Source: Candidatus Iainarchaeum sp.
GTDB taxonomy: Archaea; Iainarchaeota; Iainarchaeia; Iainarchaeales; UBA10191
Direction: 5' to 3'
Length of the DNA: 64,000 bases
Assembly (NCBI GenBank): GCA_030649735.1
Contig: JAUSFL010000036.1
Location: 32,001-96,000, forward strand
Shown: one piece after another, positions 1-9,977 of the stretch
Numbering within the stretch: the first letter of the stretch is position 1
Layout: each line of letters opens with the position of its first letter
Notes under the pieces: model-generated
What the model saw: only the letters and a program-made list of their open reading frames with translations
Databases searched by the model: none
What the model was told of the DNA's origin: nothing
Position numbers and translations under genes: made by a program

Positions 1-4
1 CAAA

Positions 5-1978
5 TTGCTTCCAACATACACTACAAGATGCGACACTATTTTCAGCGTTACATTCTTGGCAATTGCCCCAGAGCATCCAATGATTCCAGAACTTGTCAAA
101 GGAACCGGGCAAGAAAAAAAAGTCCAAGAATTCATTGCCGAAACAAAAAGACAAAGCATGATTGACCGCGAGAATGAAGAGAAAGAAAAAGCAGGCGTGT
201 TTACTGGAAAATACGCGATCAATCCAGTGAATGGGGAAAAAACCCCAATTTGGGTTGCAAACTTTGCGTTAATGTACGGTTCTGGAATTGTAATGTGCGA
301 TGCCCATGACAAGAGAGACTTCAGGTTTGCAAAAAAATATGGAATTCCATTAAAGTTTGTGATAAGCCATGATGGAAAGCCAATAATGCCTGAAAACTTC
401 AAGGACGCGTTCACTGATGATGGAATTTTGTTTAATTCTGGAAAGTTTTCAGGAATGAAAAACCGTGAAGCGCTTCCAAAAATTGCGGAATGGATTGAAA
501 AAAGCGCTTTTGGGAAAATAGCAATCAATTACAAGCTCCGCGACTGGCTTATCAGCAGGCAAAGGTATTGGGGAACTCCAATTCCAGTAATTTACTGCCC
601 AAAATGCGGAATTGTTCCAGTTCCAGAGAATGAATTGCCAGTGAAGCTGCCGGAAAACGCAAAATTCACTGGAGAAGGAAACCCGCTGGACAAAGTTGAA
701 GAATTCGTCAATGCGAAATGCCCTAAATGCAAAGGCAGCGCAAAGCGCGAAACTGACACAATGGACACTTTTGTTGATTCAAGCTGGTATTACTACAGGT
801 ACTGCTCTCCACACGAGAAAAGCCTGCCTTTCAGCAAGGAAGAAGCGGCATACTGGATGCCAGTAGACCAGTACATTGGAGGAATAGAGCACGCAATACT
901 GCACTTATTGTACGCGAGATTCTTCAGCAAGGCCTTGCGCGATGAAGGATTGGCTAAAATTGACGAGCCATTCACGCGCCTATTGACTCAAGGAATGGTC
1001 TTGAACTTGGGAAAAGTAATGAGCAAAAGCGCTGGCAACGGCGTAGACCCAGGAGACTTGATTGAAAAGTACGGGGCAGACACTACAAAATATTACGTGC
1101 TTGCGGTAGCAAACCCCGAGAAAGAGCTGGAATGGAATGGCCAAGGAATTGAAAAAACATTCAAGCTCTTGAAAGGCTTTTTTGAATTCACTGAAGAAAA
1201 CTCTAAAAAGTTCGAGTTTGCAAAAAGCGCAAAGCCCGAAGGCTTAAAGCATTCTGAAAGGCTCTTGCTTTCAAGAATGCATTCAACAATCAAGAAAGTG
1301 ACTGAATGCATTGAATCTTTTGAAACAAACATTGCAATCCGCGAGATTGAAAAATTGTTCGAGCAATTGCAAAAGAGCGACTCGCAAAACAACGCGCTCA
1401 AAGGAGAAGTCTTGAAGAATCTTATTTTGTTGCTGCAGCCTTTCGCTTCCCACTTGACTGAAGAATTGTGGGAAAAAATAGGCGGCAAAGGGCTAATCTC
1501 CCTGGCTGCCTGGCCAAAGTTTGATGAAAAGAAAATCGACAGGCACGCAGAGCAAGGCCAAGAACTATTGGAGCAGACAATTGAAGACATTCGCGCAATC
1601 AAAGAGCTTGCAAAAAAAGAAAAGCTTGAAAAAATCACTATTTTGACCGCGCCGGAATGGAAATGGAAGGGAATTGCGTTAACAATGCAGGCCTGCCTTG
1701 AAAGGCCGGATTTTGGCGCGGCAATGAAATCATTAATGCAGGATCCTGAAGTCAAAAAGCACGGCAAGGAAGCCGAAGCTTTTGTAAAGCAGGCCGTGAA
1801 AGTCTGCAAAGAATTCCAAGACAAGGAAAGAATTGACGAATTCTTCCTCCTGCAAGAGAACAAAAAGGCAATAGAGCGGGCGTTCAACTCAAAAGTAGAG
1901 ATTGAACGGGCTGAAAATTCGCAAAACCCAAAAGCAAAAAACGCTTTCCCGCTAAAGCCAGCAATTTTTGTGGAGTGA
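5..1978 (+). CDS. leuS: Leucyl-tRNA synthetase, 5'-partial (runs in from window edge)
   Basis: [29 protein letters not shown] and VMSKS (KMSKS-like) motifs; editing-domain TTRxDT at start. Confidence 0.95.
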   Translation: MLPTYTTRCDTIFSVTFLAIAPEHPMIPELVKGTGQEKKVQEFIAETKRQSMIDRENEEKEKAGVFTGKYAINPVNGEKTPIWVANFALMYGSGIVMCDAHDKRDFRFAKKYGIPLKFVISHDGKPIMPENFKDAFTDDGILFNSGKFSGMKNREALPKIAEWIEKSAFGKIAINYKLRDWLISRQRYWGTPIPVIYCPKCGIVPVPENELPVKLPENAKFTGEGNPLDKVEEFVNAKCPKCKGSAKRETDTMDTFVDSSWYYYRYCSPHEKSLPFSKEEAAYWMPVDQYIGGIEHAILHLLYARFFSKALRDEGLAKIDEPFTRLLTQGMVLNLGKVMSKSAGNGVDPGDLIEKYGADTTKYYVLAVANPEKELEWNGQGIEKTFKLLKGFFEFTEENSKKFEFAKSAKPEGLKHSERLLLSRMHSTIKKVTECIESFETNIAIREIEKLFEQLQKSDSQNNALKGEVLKNLILLLQPFASHLTEELWEKIGGKGLISLAAWPKFDEKKIDRHAEQGQELLEQTIEDIRAIKELAKKEKLEKITILTAPEWKWKGIALTMQACLERPDFGAAMKSLMQDPEVKKHGKEAEAFVKQAVKVCKEFQDKERIDEFFLLQENKKAIERAFNSKVEIERAENSQNPKAKNAFPLKPAIFVE

Positions 1979-2054
1979 ATGTGGAGCAAGGTTTTGAAGA
2001 AAAAGAGTTAGGCACTACAAAATTGAAGAATTAAAAAAAGAAAAAAGGGAGCCT

Positions 2055-2807
2055 TTAAGCCCCGTACATTCTTTGCAATCCTGCAATGTCGGGCTGTTCG
2101 AGAGTTCTTTTTGAAGTTTCTCCCTCTGTTGAATAACCAAACATTGTCACTGTATTGCAAGTTGTGCTGTAAATGTCGCTTAACCCTACCGAATGCCCTA
2201 GCTCGTGAGTTGCAATGTTCTGCAAGTCCATCAATAAAGGATTTTCTGCAGCATCACCCCAAGCAAAGTCAGTGTTCAAAAGCATGTCAAACTCTACAAT
2301 GCGCTTTCCAACTCTAGTGTACCAAACGCTTGTGACTCCAATCACGCCAGAGTCTGGATAGTCTCCGAAAGCAATTGCGTTCTGAAAGTTTTGCACCCCA
2401 TACTGTGCGGCGTAATCAATGCCATAAGAATTGTTGAACAATTCTTGAGAAGTTGCATTATCCCAAGTTTCAGCGCTTGCGGAGATTGCTGACGTTATGG
2501 AACTTTCGCTCAAACCTTGAGGATTTGAAGGATTGATGACATAATTTACTGGCAAAGCAGTCCATTTTACCCCCATTAGCTTGTAACAGCTTGTAGAGCT
2601 TGGCTTTGCATTGCTTGGCGGCTTTGCATAGTGAATAAAATCCACTCTTTCCAAGTCCCAATTATCTCCAATAACCGGGGAATACTCTGGAGCCTGAGAA
2701 TTCTCTTTAGCGTTATCGTTTGCTGGAATCAGCATTGAAGCGCTAGCGCTAATCCCTAATGCCAAAACTAAAAGAATGAAAAATGCCGCAAAATGTTTTA
2801 CCCCCAT
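2055..2807 (-). CDS. Secreted matrixin-family (M10-like) zinc metalloprotease
   Basis: Signal peptide; HELGHSVGLSD zinc motif followed by Met-turn TMFG. Confidence 0.85.
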   Translation of the reverse strand: MGVKHFAAFFILLVLALGISASASMLIPANDNAKENSQAPEYSPVIGDNWDLERVDFIHYAKPPSNAKPSSTSCYKLMGVKWTALPVNYVINPSNPQGLSESSITSAISASAETWDNATSQELFNNSYGIDYAAQYGVQNFQNAIAFGDYPDSGVIGVTSVWYTRVGKRIVEFDMLLNTDFAWGDAAENPLLMDLQNIATHELGHSVGLSDIYSTTCNTVTMFGYSTEGETSKRTLEQPDIAGLQRMYGA

Positions 2808-3029
2808 TCAAAAACCCCCTTAAATATTATAATAATCATTAATAGTCAATCGTATATAATAAAGTTCTGGGTGGTTTTCTAGAAGCGCCTTCAAAACCAT
2901 AAGCGATTATAAAATTCTACTTCTTAATTCTTGAAGGCATTAAAACTTTTGGGAAACCAATGAATAAAAACTTATTTGAACAAGCTTCAATTATGAAACA
3001 TTTTGAACCATTGCATCAAAGAAAAGGAA

Positions 3030-3545
3030 ATGAAAATGGAATTCCAAACCCTAATTAAAGAAAGGCATTCCACAAGAAAATTCAAAAGCCAGGAAATTCC
3101 TGAAGAAACATTGCAGGAAATTTTCAAGGCAATTAATTCGGCCCCAAGCGCGGGAAACATCCAGGCAGTCCAAGTTTTCGCCGCAAAAAAGCCGGAGTTG
3201 AAAAAGCAAATTGCAAGCGCGTGCTTTGGCCAAAATTTTATCGCGCAAGCGCCTGTTGTCCTTGTGTTTTGCGCAAACTTGAAGGAAAGCGAAAGGCTTT
3301 ACAAAGAGCGCGGAAAAACGCTTTACGCAATCCAGGACGCTTCAATTGCTGCAACTTTTGCATGGCTGGCCGCAGTCAATGAAGGGCTTTCAAGCGTTTG
3401 GGTCGGGGCTTTCAACGATGAAGAATTGCAGAATGCGATTGGAAGCGAATTGCAGCCAGTGGCTGTTTTGCCTTTGGGCTTTGCCGATGAAAAACCGCGA
3501 AAAACTCCGAGAAAAAGCTTGAAGGAAATAATCAAGGAAATTTAA
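3030..3545 (+). CDS. Nitroreductase family protein
   Basis: RHSTRKF and APSAGNIQ motifs; LPLGF near C-terminus. Confidence 0.9.
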   Translation: MKMEFQTLIKERHSTRKFKSQEIPEETLQEIFKAINSAPSAGNIQAVQVFAAKKPELKKQIASACFGQNFIAQAPVVLVFCANLKESERLYKERGKTLYAIQDASIAATFAWLAAVNEGLSSVWVGAFNDEELQNAIGSELQPVAVLPLGFADEKPRKTPRKSLKEIIKEI

Positions 3546-4534
3546 AGCTTGAAAGCAGCGGCAACCAATATTGGGAACGCAATGCTTGCCTCGCACCAGA
3601 CCTTCACTGCCTTTTTAGAGGCTGCTGCCTTTCCCCAACTTTTTGCCTCTTCAGGGTTTGCGCCAGCATTGCTTCCTTCGGCCTCTATGCCAGTGTTGAT
3701 GTAAACAGTAAAGTCAGCGCCTTCACGCAGCATGCACGCGTTCATAATGTGGTGCTTTGGGACAGAACCGCCAATGATTATTGCGCCGACCTTGTCCGCG
3801 TTCAAAACGCTGTCGTAAAGCACTTCAACCTCTTTAATCAAGTCTATTAAAAATTCCTTGTGCTTTTTCTTGAACAAGTAAATATGGTCTCCGATTGCCC
3901 CGTCAGCCAATGGAACGCAAAGCAATGGAATCTTGTTCTTGAAAGCCCAGTAAACAAAAGATTCTTCGCAATTCGCTTTTCCTTCAAGCTCTCGCGCGAG
4001 CTCTTGCACGAATTCAACATTGTCAACCGGCTTTCCAGTACTTTTTTGCTTTTCCAAAAGCCTTTCAAAAACAGGCTTGACAAACTGCTCGAACCAAATG
4101 TAACGCTCGTTCGGAATGAAAATGTTTCCAGTCCTGTTGATTCCTTTCCCGCGCAAGAAAGCGCCGTTTGCTTCAAAATCGCCGTGAAGGAAGTGCTTGT
4201 GAGTTTTGATGATGTCTTCTTCAACGCCGCCCGTAGTAGTCACTAGAAAGTCAACTAGATTGTTTTTCACAAGGTAGGTTATTGACTCGCGCACTCCGCA
4301 AGAAGCCATGTTGGAAGTGAAGCCAAAAAAAATCTTGGCCTTTTGCCTTCGCATTTCCCTGCAAAGGCCGATTGCAGAGCCGAGGTTTGAGGCCTGAAAG
4401 CCAGTGCTTTTGAAAGACTCAAAAAACTCTTTCACGTTAAACTGGCCTTCAAAAGAATATCCTTTGACTTTGCCTTTGCCCAGCTCGACGGACTTTTTGA
4501 AAAGCTGCTTCTCAATGTTTTTAGTGCTGGACAT
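3542..4534 (-). CDS. dys: Deoxyhypusine synthase
   Basis: GFQAS, FTSNM, GGVEED and EAKSWGK (catalytic Lys) motifs. Confidence 0.93.
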   Translation of the reverse strand: MSSTKNIEKQLFKKSVELGKGKVKGYSFEGQFNVKEFFESFKSTGFQASNLGSAIGLCREMRRQKAKIFFGFTSNMASCGVRESITYLVKNNLVDFLVTTTGGVEEDIIKTHKHFLHGDFEANGAFLRGKGINRTGNIFIPNERYIWFEQFVKPVFERLLEKQKSTGKPVDNVEFVQELARELEGKANCEESFVYWAFKNKIPLLCVPLADGAIGDHIYLFKKKHKEFLIDLIKEVEVLYDSVLNADKVGAIIIGGSVPKHHIMNACMLREGADFTVYINTGIEAEGSNAGANPEEAKSWGKAAASKKAVKVWCEASIAFPILVAAAFKL

Positions 4535-4575
4535 GCTTTAGAATTTGGCTTGGAAATTGTTTAAAAAACAGCGTT

Positions 4576-4842
4576 TTACTTTGAAAACTTCAGCTCGAAT
4601 TCGCCTTTTGGGCTTTTTAAAATCTTGACTGCCTGGCCTTTCTTGAAGTCAATGCTCAAGAACAAGTGCATATAACAGTCTTCAGAATTGGAGAGCTTGT
4701 CAACGTATGCAGTGACCTGCTTTTTTCCAAGCTTTAGCTTGAATGCTTTCCCAAACTTCGGAAACATTTTCAAGGCTTTCTTTTCCACAAGCAAAGCGCT
4801 TTTTTGCGCTTCATCAACAGAGACTTTTCTTGAATAAATCAT
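4576..4842 (-). CDS. Small basic hypothetical protein
   Basis: ATG-initiated ORF filling the gap in a minus-strand gene run. Confidence 0.6.
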   Translation of the reverse strand: MIYSRKVSVDEAQKSALLVEKKALKMFPKFGKAFKLKLGKKQVTAYVDKLSNSEDCYMHLFLSIDFKKGQAVKILKSPKGEFELKFSK

Positions 4843-4864
4843 AAATGCCGTAATTAAAACTGTT

Positions 4865-6301
4865 TTACCCTTTTTTAAACCTTCTTTTCAAAGCCTCTAA
4901 AGCGCCGTGGCTTTTGACAGACTGCAGCCATTTAGGCCTTGCCTGAAGCTTTTTTGAAACAATGATTTCAACAACATCGCCGGCATTAATTATCTTGGTT
5001 ATTGGAACTTGCCTTCCGTTGACAATGCTTTTCAGGCAATGGTCTCCAAGCTCTGTGTGAACTCCGTAAGCAAAGTCTATTGAATTGCTTTCCAAAGGAA
5101 GCTCTACTTTTCCGCCTTTTGGAGTGAACAAAATCATTGACTGCGCCAATTCAGAATTCAGGCTTTTGATGAATTCCTTATGGCCTTTTGCAGAACGCGG
5201 CCTGATGAGATTTTGGACCCATTTGGTTTTCTCGCGCAAAACACTCATGTTTTTTGCGCTCTTGTTCCGGAAAAAGTAAATCACGCCATAGTCCGCAATT
5301 TCATGCATTTCAAAAGTGCTGATGTAGCATTTTATCGGGATTCCTTTAGGGCCAATCACTGTAGTGTGAAGCGCCCTGTACAAATTGTATTCAGGCAATG
5401 CAATGAAGTCCTTGAATTTTTTAGGCACTGGCTTGTACAGCGAATGCAGTTTTCCCAGGATCAAATAGCAATCTTCAGTGCTGTTGGTCAAAATGTTCAA
5501 TATTATGAAATCCCTCACTTCCTGGAATGTTTTGTTGAACTTAACTATTTTTTCTTCAGTGGAATGAACCGCCTTTTCTTCCTTTGAAAACACTGCCGGA
5601 ATCCCGGACTTTACGCACTCGCGCTTCAACTCGGCGCATAAGGAACTAATCGCCTTTTCCAAGGCAGGCTTTTTTTGGATTATTTGCTTTTGCAATTCAG
5701 CAAACCTTTCAGGATTCAGGATTTTGAAAGCCAAATCCTCTATTTCAAAGCGAATCTTGTGCATTGAAAGCTTGTGGGCCAATGGCGCGTAAACATTCAA
5801 GGCACTGGACGCGATTTGCTTCTGGCGTTCGGCAGGCAAAAACTTCAAGGTTTGCAAATTATGGATTTTGTCAGCAAGCTTTATGACCAGAATGCGCAAG
5901 TCTTTAGCGCTGGCCAAAAGAAGCTTTTCAAGGTCTTTTGTGTCCTTTTCAAACCTGGATTCTGACGCAATCTGCCTCAAGTTTGTCACTCCTTCAACGA
6001 GTGAAAAAACCTCGCCGCCAAACTCTTTTTTCAAAACCGCCTTGCTGATTTCAGTGTCTTCAAGGCAGTCATGCAATAATCCTGCAGCGACTGTTTCAGA
6101 ATCCATTCCCCAATCAGCCATAAGCAAGGCCGACTCTAACGGATGAATGAAGTAAGGCTCGCCTGAAGCGCGCTTTTGCCCGCGATGCGCTTTTTTTGCA
6201 AAATCAAATGCTTTCTTCACCAGGCGCACATTAGGCTTTGGCGACTTTGATTTCACTAGCTTTAAAAGCTTCAAATAGCTTTCCCTGAATTCAGCATGCA
6301 T
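4865..6301 (-). CDS. RelA/SpoT homolog: HD hydrolase + degenerate synthetase + TGS, no ACT domain
   Basis: HRGQKRASGEPYFIHP, LLHDCLEDT, IKLADKIHN; TGS motif DFAYGVHTELG. Confidence 0.9.
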   Translation of the reverse strand: MHAEFRESYLKLLKLVKSKSPKPNVRLVKKAFDFAKKAHRGQKRASGEPYFIHPLESALLMADWGMDSETVAAGLLHDCLEDTEISKAVLKKEFGGEVFSLVEGVTNLRQIASESRFEKDTKDLEKLLLASAKDLRILVIKLADKIHNLQTLKFLPAERQKQIASSALNVYAPLAHKLSMHKIRFEIEDLAFKILNPERFAELQKQIIQKKPALEKAISSLCAELKRECVKSGIPAVFSKEEKAVHSTEEKIVKFNKTFQEVRDFIILNILTNSTEDCYLILGKLHSLYKPVPKKFKDFIALPEYNLYRALHTTVIGPKGIPIKCYISTFEMHEIADYGVIYFFRNKSAKNMSVLREKTKWVQNLIRPRSAKGHKEFIKSLNSELAQSMILFTPKGGKVELPLESNSIDFAYGVHTELGDHCLKSIVNGRQVPITKIINAGDVVEIIVSKKLQARPKWLQSVKSHGALEALKRRFKKG

Positions 6302-6357
6302 TAAAAGCGCCTTTTGCTAGAATTGAACTTGAAAGAATTTAAAAAGGAATAAACAAG

Positions 6358-8085
6358 TCACATTTCGTCAAGCGCCTGAATTCCCAGAATATCCAGGCCA
6401 TTCTGGACTGTGATTCCAACAGCCTTCACCAAGGCAAGCCTTGCCTTCACAGTGCTTGCATTCTCCGCCTTCAAGACCGGGGTTTCATGATAGTAAGAGT
6501 TAAAGGTTGAGGAAAGCTTGAGCAAGTAATGGCACAAAACATGCGGGGAATAATTTTTGAGCGAGTTTTGCAAAACTTCAGGAAACCTGGCAATCAATGT
6601 AGAAATTTCCTTTTCTTTCTCTAAAGTCAGGAAAGAATAATCCGCCTTTCCTGAAAGCAAGTTTTTTGGAGCTTTTTTCAAAATGCTGTTGCTTCTTGCA
6701 AAAGTGTAAAGCAAGTAAGGCCCTGTCTCTCCCTCAAAGCTAATGCTTTCTGAAGGATTGAACACAAAATCCTTTTGGGCCTCGATTTTCAAGAGGAAAA
6801 ACTTCAATGCAGAAAGCGCAATTGCCTCTTTTCTTTTCTCCAGTTCTTTCTCAGAAATTTCATTCCCGTATCTTTTCACAAGCTCTGTCTCTGCCAATGC
6901 CTCAAGCTCGCTAATCAAATCGTCAGCGTCAACAACAGTTCCTTCACGGCTTTTCATCCTGCCTTCAGGAAGGCTGACATACCCATAAAAAACATGCCTG
7001 CATTTTTGGGCAAAATCAAAGCCCAAAAGCTCGAGTATTTTGAACAATTGCTTGAAGTGCAAGTCCTGCTCGCTTGCAGTGACAGTAAGGCTTTCCTTCA
7101 AGCCCTTGAAATCATCAAATTTTTTCTTTGCCAAAAAAATGTCCTGCGTCATATAAATGCTTGTTCCGTCAGCGCGCAAAAGCACTTTCTTTCCAAGCTT
7201 GAAAGGCTCCAAATTTGCAATTACTGCGCCAGTCTCGTCCTTTTCAAAAATTCCGTTCTTCAAGCCTTCCAGAACAATTTCTTTTCCTTTCCTGTAAATT
7301 TGGCTTTCAAAATAAATCCTGTCGAATTCAACACCGCATTTTTTGCAGGTCTCGGCCTGGCCTTTCAAGGCCCAGTCATTCATTAATTCCGAAAGCTTCA
7401 GGACTTCGGGCTTTCCAAACTCCCAATCATTAAGCATTTGCAAGGCTTCCTGCTCTAATTCTGGATTTTCTGCAGCCTTTTGCGCAAACATTACATAATA
7501 GTCTCCGACAAAATGGTCGCTTTTCTTTCCAGCCTTTTTTGGAGTGCTGTCCTTTCCCCACTTCTTGTACGCAAGCATGCTTTTGCAAATGTGCACTCCG
7601 CGATCATTGATCAACTCTGTGCGAATCGGCTTCAAGCCCTGGGTTTCAAAAGCATTAGAGAAAAACTCTCCCAAAAACATGTTACGCAAGTGCCCAATGT
7701 GCAATGGCTTGTTCGTGTTTGGAGAGACAAACTCCACCATTATTTTCCCGCTGCCTGCCTTTGCAAAGCCAAACTTTTGCTTTTCCTTCAATACCTTCTG
7801 CAAAACATCGGCCGAAAGCACTGTCTGCTTGACAAAAAAATTCAGGAAAGGCCCAATGGCCTGAACTTTCTCAATGCTTTTCGGAAGCAAAATTTTCTTC
7901 TGCAAATCTGTCGAAATCTGCACTGGAGATTTTTTCAAAAGCGCGGCAAGCTTGAAGCATGGAAATGCAAAATCCCCCATTTTTCCGTCCGGCGGAATTT
8001 CCAAAAAACCGACTGCCTCTTCAAGCCGCAGTTCAGGCACTGCGTTCACAATAGACCGCGCAATTTCTTTCTTAAAATCAACCAT
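6358..8085 (-). CDS. argS: Arginyl-tRNA synthetase
   Basis: SPNTNKPLHIGHLRN (HIGH), MKSREG, GETGPYLLY. Confidence 0.97.
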   Translation of the reverse strand: MVDFKKEIARSIVNAVPELRLEEAVGFLEIPPDGKMGDFAFPCFKLAALLKKSPVQISTDLQKKILLPKSIEKVQAIGPFLNFFVKQTVLSADVLQKVLKEKQKFGFAKAGSGKIMVEFVSPNTNKPLHIGHLRNMFLGEFFSNAFETQGLKPIRTELINDRGVHICKSMLAYKKWGKDSTPKKAGKKSDHFVGDYYVMFAQKAAENPELEQEALQMLNDWEFGKPEVLKLSELMNDWALKGQAETCKKCGVEFDRIYFESQIYRKGKEIVLEGLKNGIFEKDETGAVIANLEPFKLGKKVLLRADGTSIYMTQDIFLAKKKFDDFKGLKESLTVTASEQDLHFKQLFKILELLGFDFAQKCRHVFYGYVSLPEGRMKSREGTVVDADDLISELEALAETELVKRYGNEISEKELEKRKEAIALSALKFFLLKIEAQKDFVFNPSESISFEGETGPYLLYTFARSNSILKKAPKNLLSGKADYSFLTLEKEKEISTLIARFPEVLQNSLKNYSPHVLCHYLLKLSSTFNSYYHETPVLKAENASTVKARLALVKAVGITVQNGLDILGIQALDEM

Positions 8086-8104
8086 TCTTTTTCACCGCAA
8101 AAAC

Positions 8105-8971
8105 TTAGTCCAAAAAAACGCTTACTCCTTCAAAAACGCTTTCTGGATTGTAGCCGCCTTCAAGGACTGCAAAAACATCATATGAAGAAAGGAGTTCTTT
8201 AATTTTTTGGAAAGAACGCTTTGTAAGCGAAAATCCCGCCGCGTTAACGCCATTGCCTTTTTCTTCCTTGGAAAGCAAAAAATCGCTGGAAGGATTAGAG
8301 TCCTTGTAATACACGTCAAAGCCTGCAGAAAGCCCTATAATGTCTGGCTTGAACTTTTCAATTGCCGGAAGCAAGCGCCTTTCCAAAACCCCTATGAATT
8401 CTGTATCCCTGCAGCCCGCAGGCAATTGCACATTAATCGAGTTTTTTCCATTCTCCACTCCAGTTCCGGGAAAAATTCCAGCCTGGTGAGTGGAAAAGTA
8501 AAACGCGTTAGGCTCGCTTTCCAAGATTTCCTCTGTTCCATCGCCGTGATGCAGGTCAAAGTCAAAAACAAAAACTTTCTTGTTTTTTCCAATCAAGTGC
8601 TTTGCGGCAATTGCCATGTTGTTGAAGAGGCAAAACCCGTGGCCTTTCGCAATGCCTGCGTGATGGCCTGGCGGCCTCACCAATGCAAAAGCCTTTTTTT
8701 CCGCAGCCTGCACTGCCATGCCGACAGCATAGCTTGCTGTTTCAAAAGAGTCCTTCCTTGTGAAAGTGTCTTCAGCAAGCCAAAGTTCTTTCTCACAATA
8801 CTTCTTCACCAAATTAATGTATTCCTTGCTGTGGCAAAGCTCCAAAAAAGACTCCCCGCTCAAAACCCGGGTTTCCTTTTCAGATTGGAAAAACTTCAGG
8901 CGCTCGAGGCTTTCAGGATGCGCTTTTGGAGGCACGTGGCCCAAAAACTTGCTGTTATAAAGCAACTTCAT
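8105..8971 (-). CDS. Histone deacetylase-family (Zn-dependent acetylpolyamine/lysine deacetylase) protein
   Basis: HPES, RPPGHHA, GFCLFNN, DFDLHHGDGT, SAGFD, LEGGY. Confidence 0.93.
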   Translation of the reverse strand: MKLLYNSKFLGHVPPKAHPESLERLKFFQSEKETRVLSGESFLELCHSKEYINLVKKYCEKELWLAEDTFTRKDSFETASYAVGMAVQAAEKKAFALVRPPGHHAGIAKGHGFCLFNNMAIAAKHLIGKNKKVFVFDFDLHHGDGTEEILESEPNAFYFSTHQAGIFPGTGVENGKNSINVQLPAGCRDTEFIGVLERRLLPAIEKFKPDIIGLSAGFDVYYKDSNPSSDFLLSKEEKGNGVNAAGFSLTKRSFQKIKELLSSYDVFAVLEGGYNPESVFEGVSVFLD

Positions 8972-9069
8972 GCAAAACAGAAGTAAAGCAAACAATATAA
9001 TGGTTTTTCTACAACGAGCGGAAATCTGGCTTGAAAAGCAAGTTAAAAAGCAAAAAACAAAATTATAAA

Positions 9070-9816
9070 ATGCAAGAAATAACTCCAGAAATCAGCGAAA
9101 TTGCAGGAGTTTTTGCAGCTGATGGTTCAATGCAAGAAAAACACATTTGCTTTTGGGGCAATCCAATTGAAGACAAAGAATATTATGACAATGTACTTGG
9201 AGAATTATTCAAGAAAGCTTTTGGAATTGAAATCAGGCTGCATGAAAAGAAAAGCAATGGCGTTTACGGGTTTTACGTTTGCAAAAAGCACGTTTTGGAT
9301 TATTTCAAGAATGAATTAGGATTCAAGCCAGGCCCAAAAACATATACTGTTCAAGTCCCAAAAATAATTTTAGAAAGCAATGATTTGAAAATTCAAAAGG
9401 CTTTTGTGCAGGGATTCATGAGTGCTGACGGTTGTTTGACATTTTATAAAAGAGGCGGAACCGCTTCCAATTTCAATAAAAAATATAATGTTTGTCCCCG
9501 AATAATGTTAAGTTCTGTCTCTGAGAAAATAATTCTTCAGTTACAAGAAATATTAAATAAAATTGAGATCAATAGTTTTATTATGAAAGCAAAAAGTGCG
9601 AATCCCAAATGGAAAGATAACATTATACTTTACGTCAATGGCACAGAGCGAGTAAAAAGATGGAACGAGCTAATTGGCTTTTCAAATCCAAAGGACAAAA
9701 CAAAATTTGAAATATTCAAACAATTTGGCTTCTGCCCATTAAAAACAAGCATTTTTCAAAGATACAAGATTTTAAATAATGAATTAAGCATTTATGATTT
9801 TTATCAGGGCCCGTAA
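9070..9816 (+). CDS. Free-standing double-motif LAGLIDADG endonuclease-like protein (alternative TTG start 9031)
   Basis: EIAGVFAADGS and FVQGFMSADGC LAGLIDADG helices; IGFSNP C-terminal motif. Confidence 0.85.
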   Translation: MQEITPEISEIAGVFAADGSMQEKHICFWGNPIEDKEYYDNVLGELFKKAFGIEIRLHEKKSNGVYGFYVCKKHVLDYFKNELGFKPGPKTYTVQVPKIILESNDLKIQKAFVQGFMSADGCLTFYKRGGTASNFNKKYNVCPRIMLSSVSEKIILQLQEILNKIEINSFIMKAKSANPKWKDNIILYVNGTERVKRWNELIGFSNPKDKTKFEIFKQFGFCPLKTSIFQRYKILNNELSIYDFYQGP

Positions 9817-9904
9817 CTCAGCCTGGATAGAGTGCCAGCCTTCTACATAAAAATATTATTGTGGAGCTAGCTGGAGGTCGAGGGTTCAAATCCCTCCGGG
9901 CTCG
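9807..9904 (+). tRNA. tRNA-Arg(TCT) with 23-nt intron (9846-9868) at position 37/38
   Basis: Acceptor GGGCCCG/CGGGCTC, anticodon stem CCAGC/GCTGG, T-arm GAGGG-TTCAAAT-CCCTC; BHB with helix CTTC/GGAG and bulges TAC and CTA. Confidence 0.95.
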
Positions 9905-9977
9905 CTCTTTTTCAATTCTTAAAAGAAAAGCGTTCGGTTTTAAATCTTGCCGAGAATAGAATAATCGGGAGAGAACT

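Noticed and set aside
1093-1989. Long antisense ORFs (e.g. 1093-1989, 8207-8986, 21971-22675, 42307-43377)
   Set aside because: Shadows of well-supported genes on the opposite strand, with no motifs of their own
2055-2807. Asp instead of His as third zinc ligand in the matrixin
   Set aside because: HExxHxxGxxD is a known metzincin variant, so it is not evidence of inactivity or novelty
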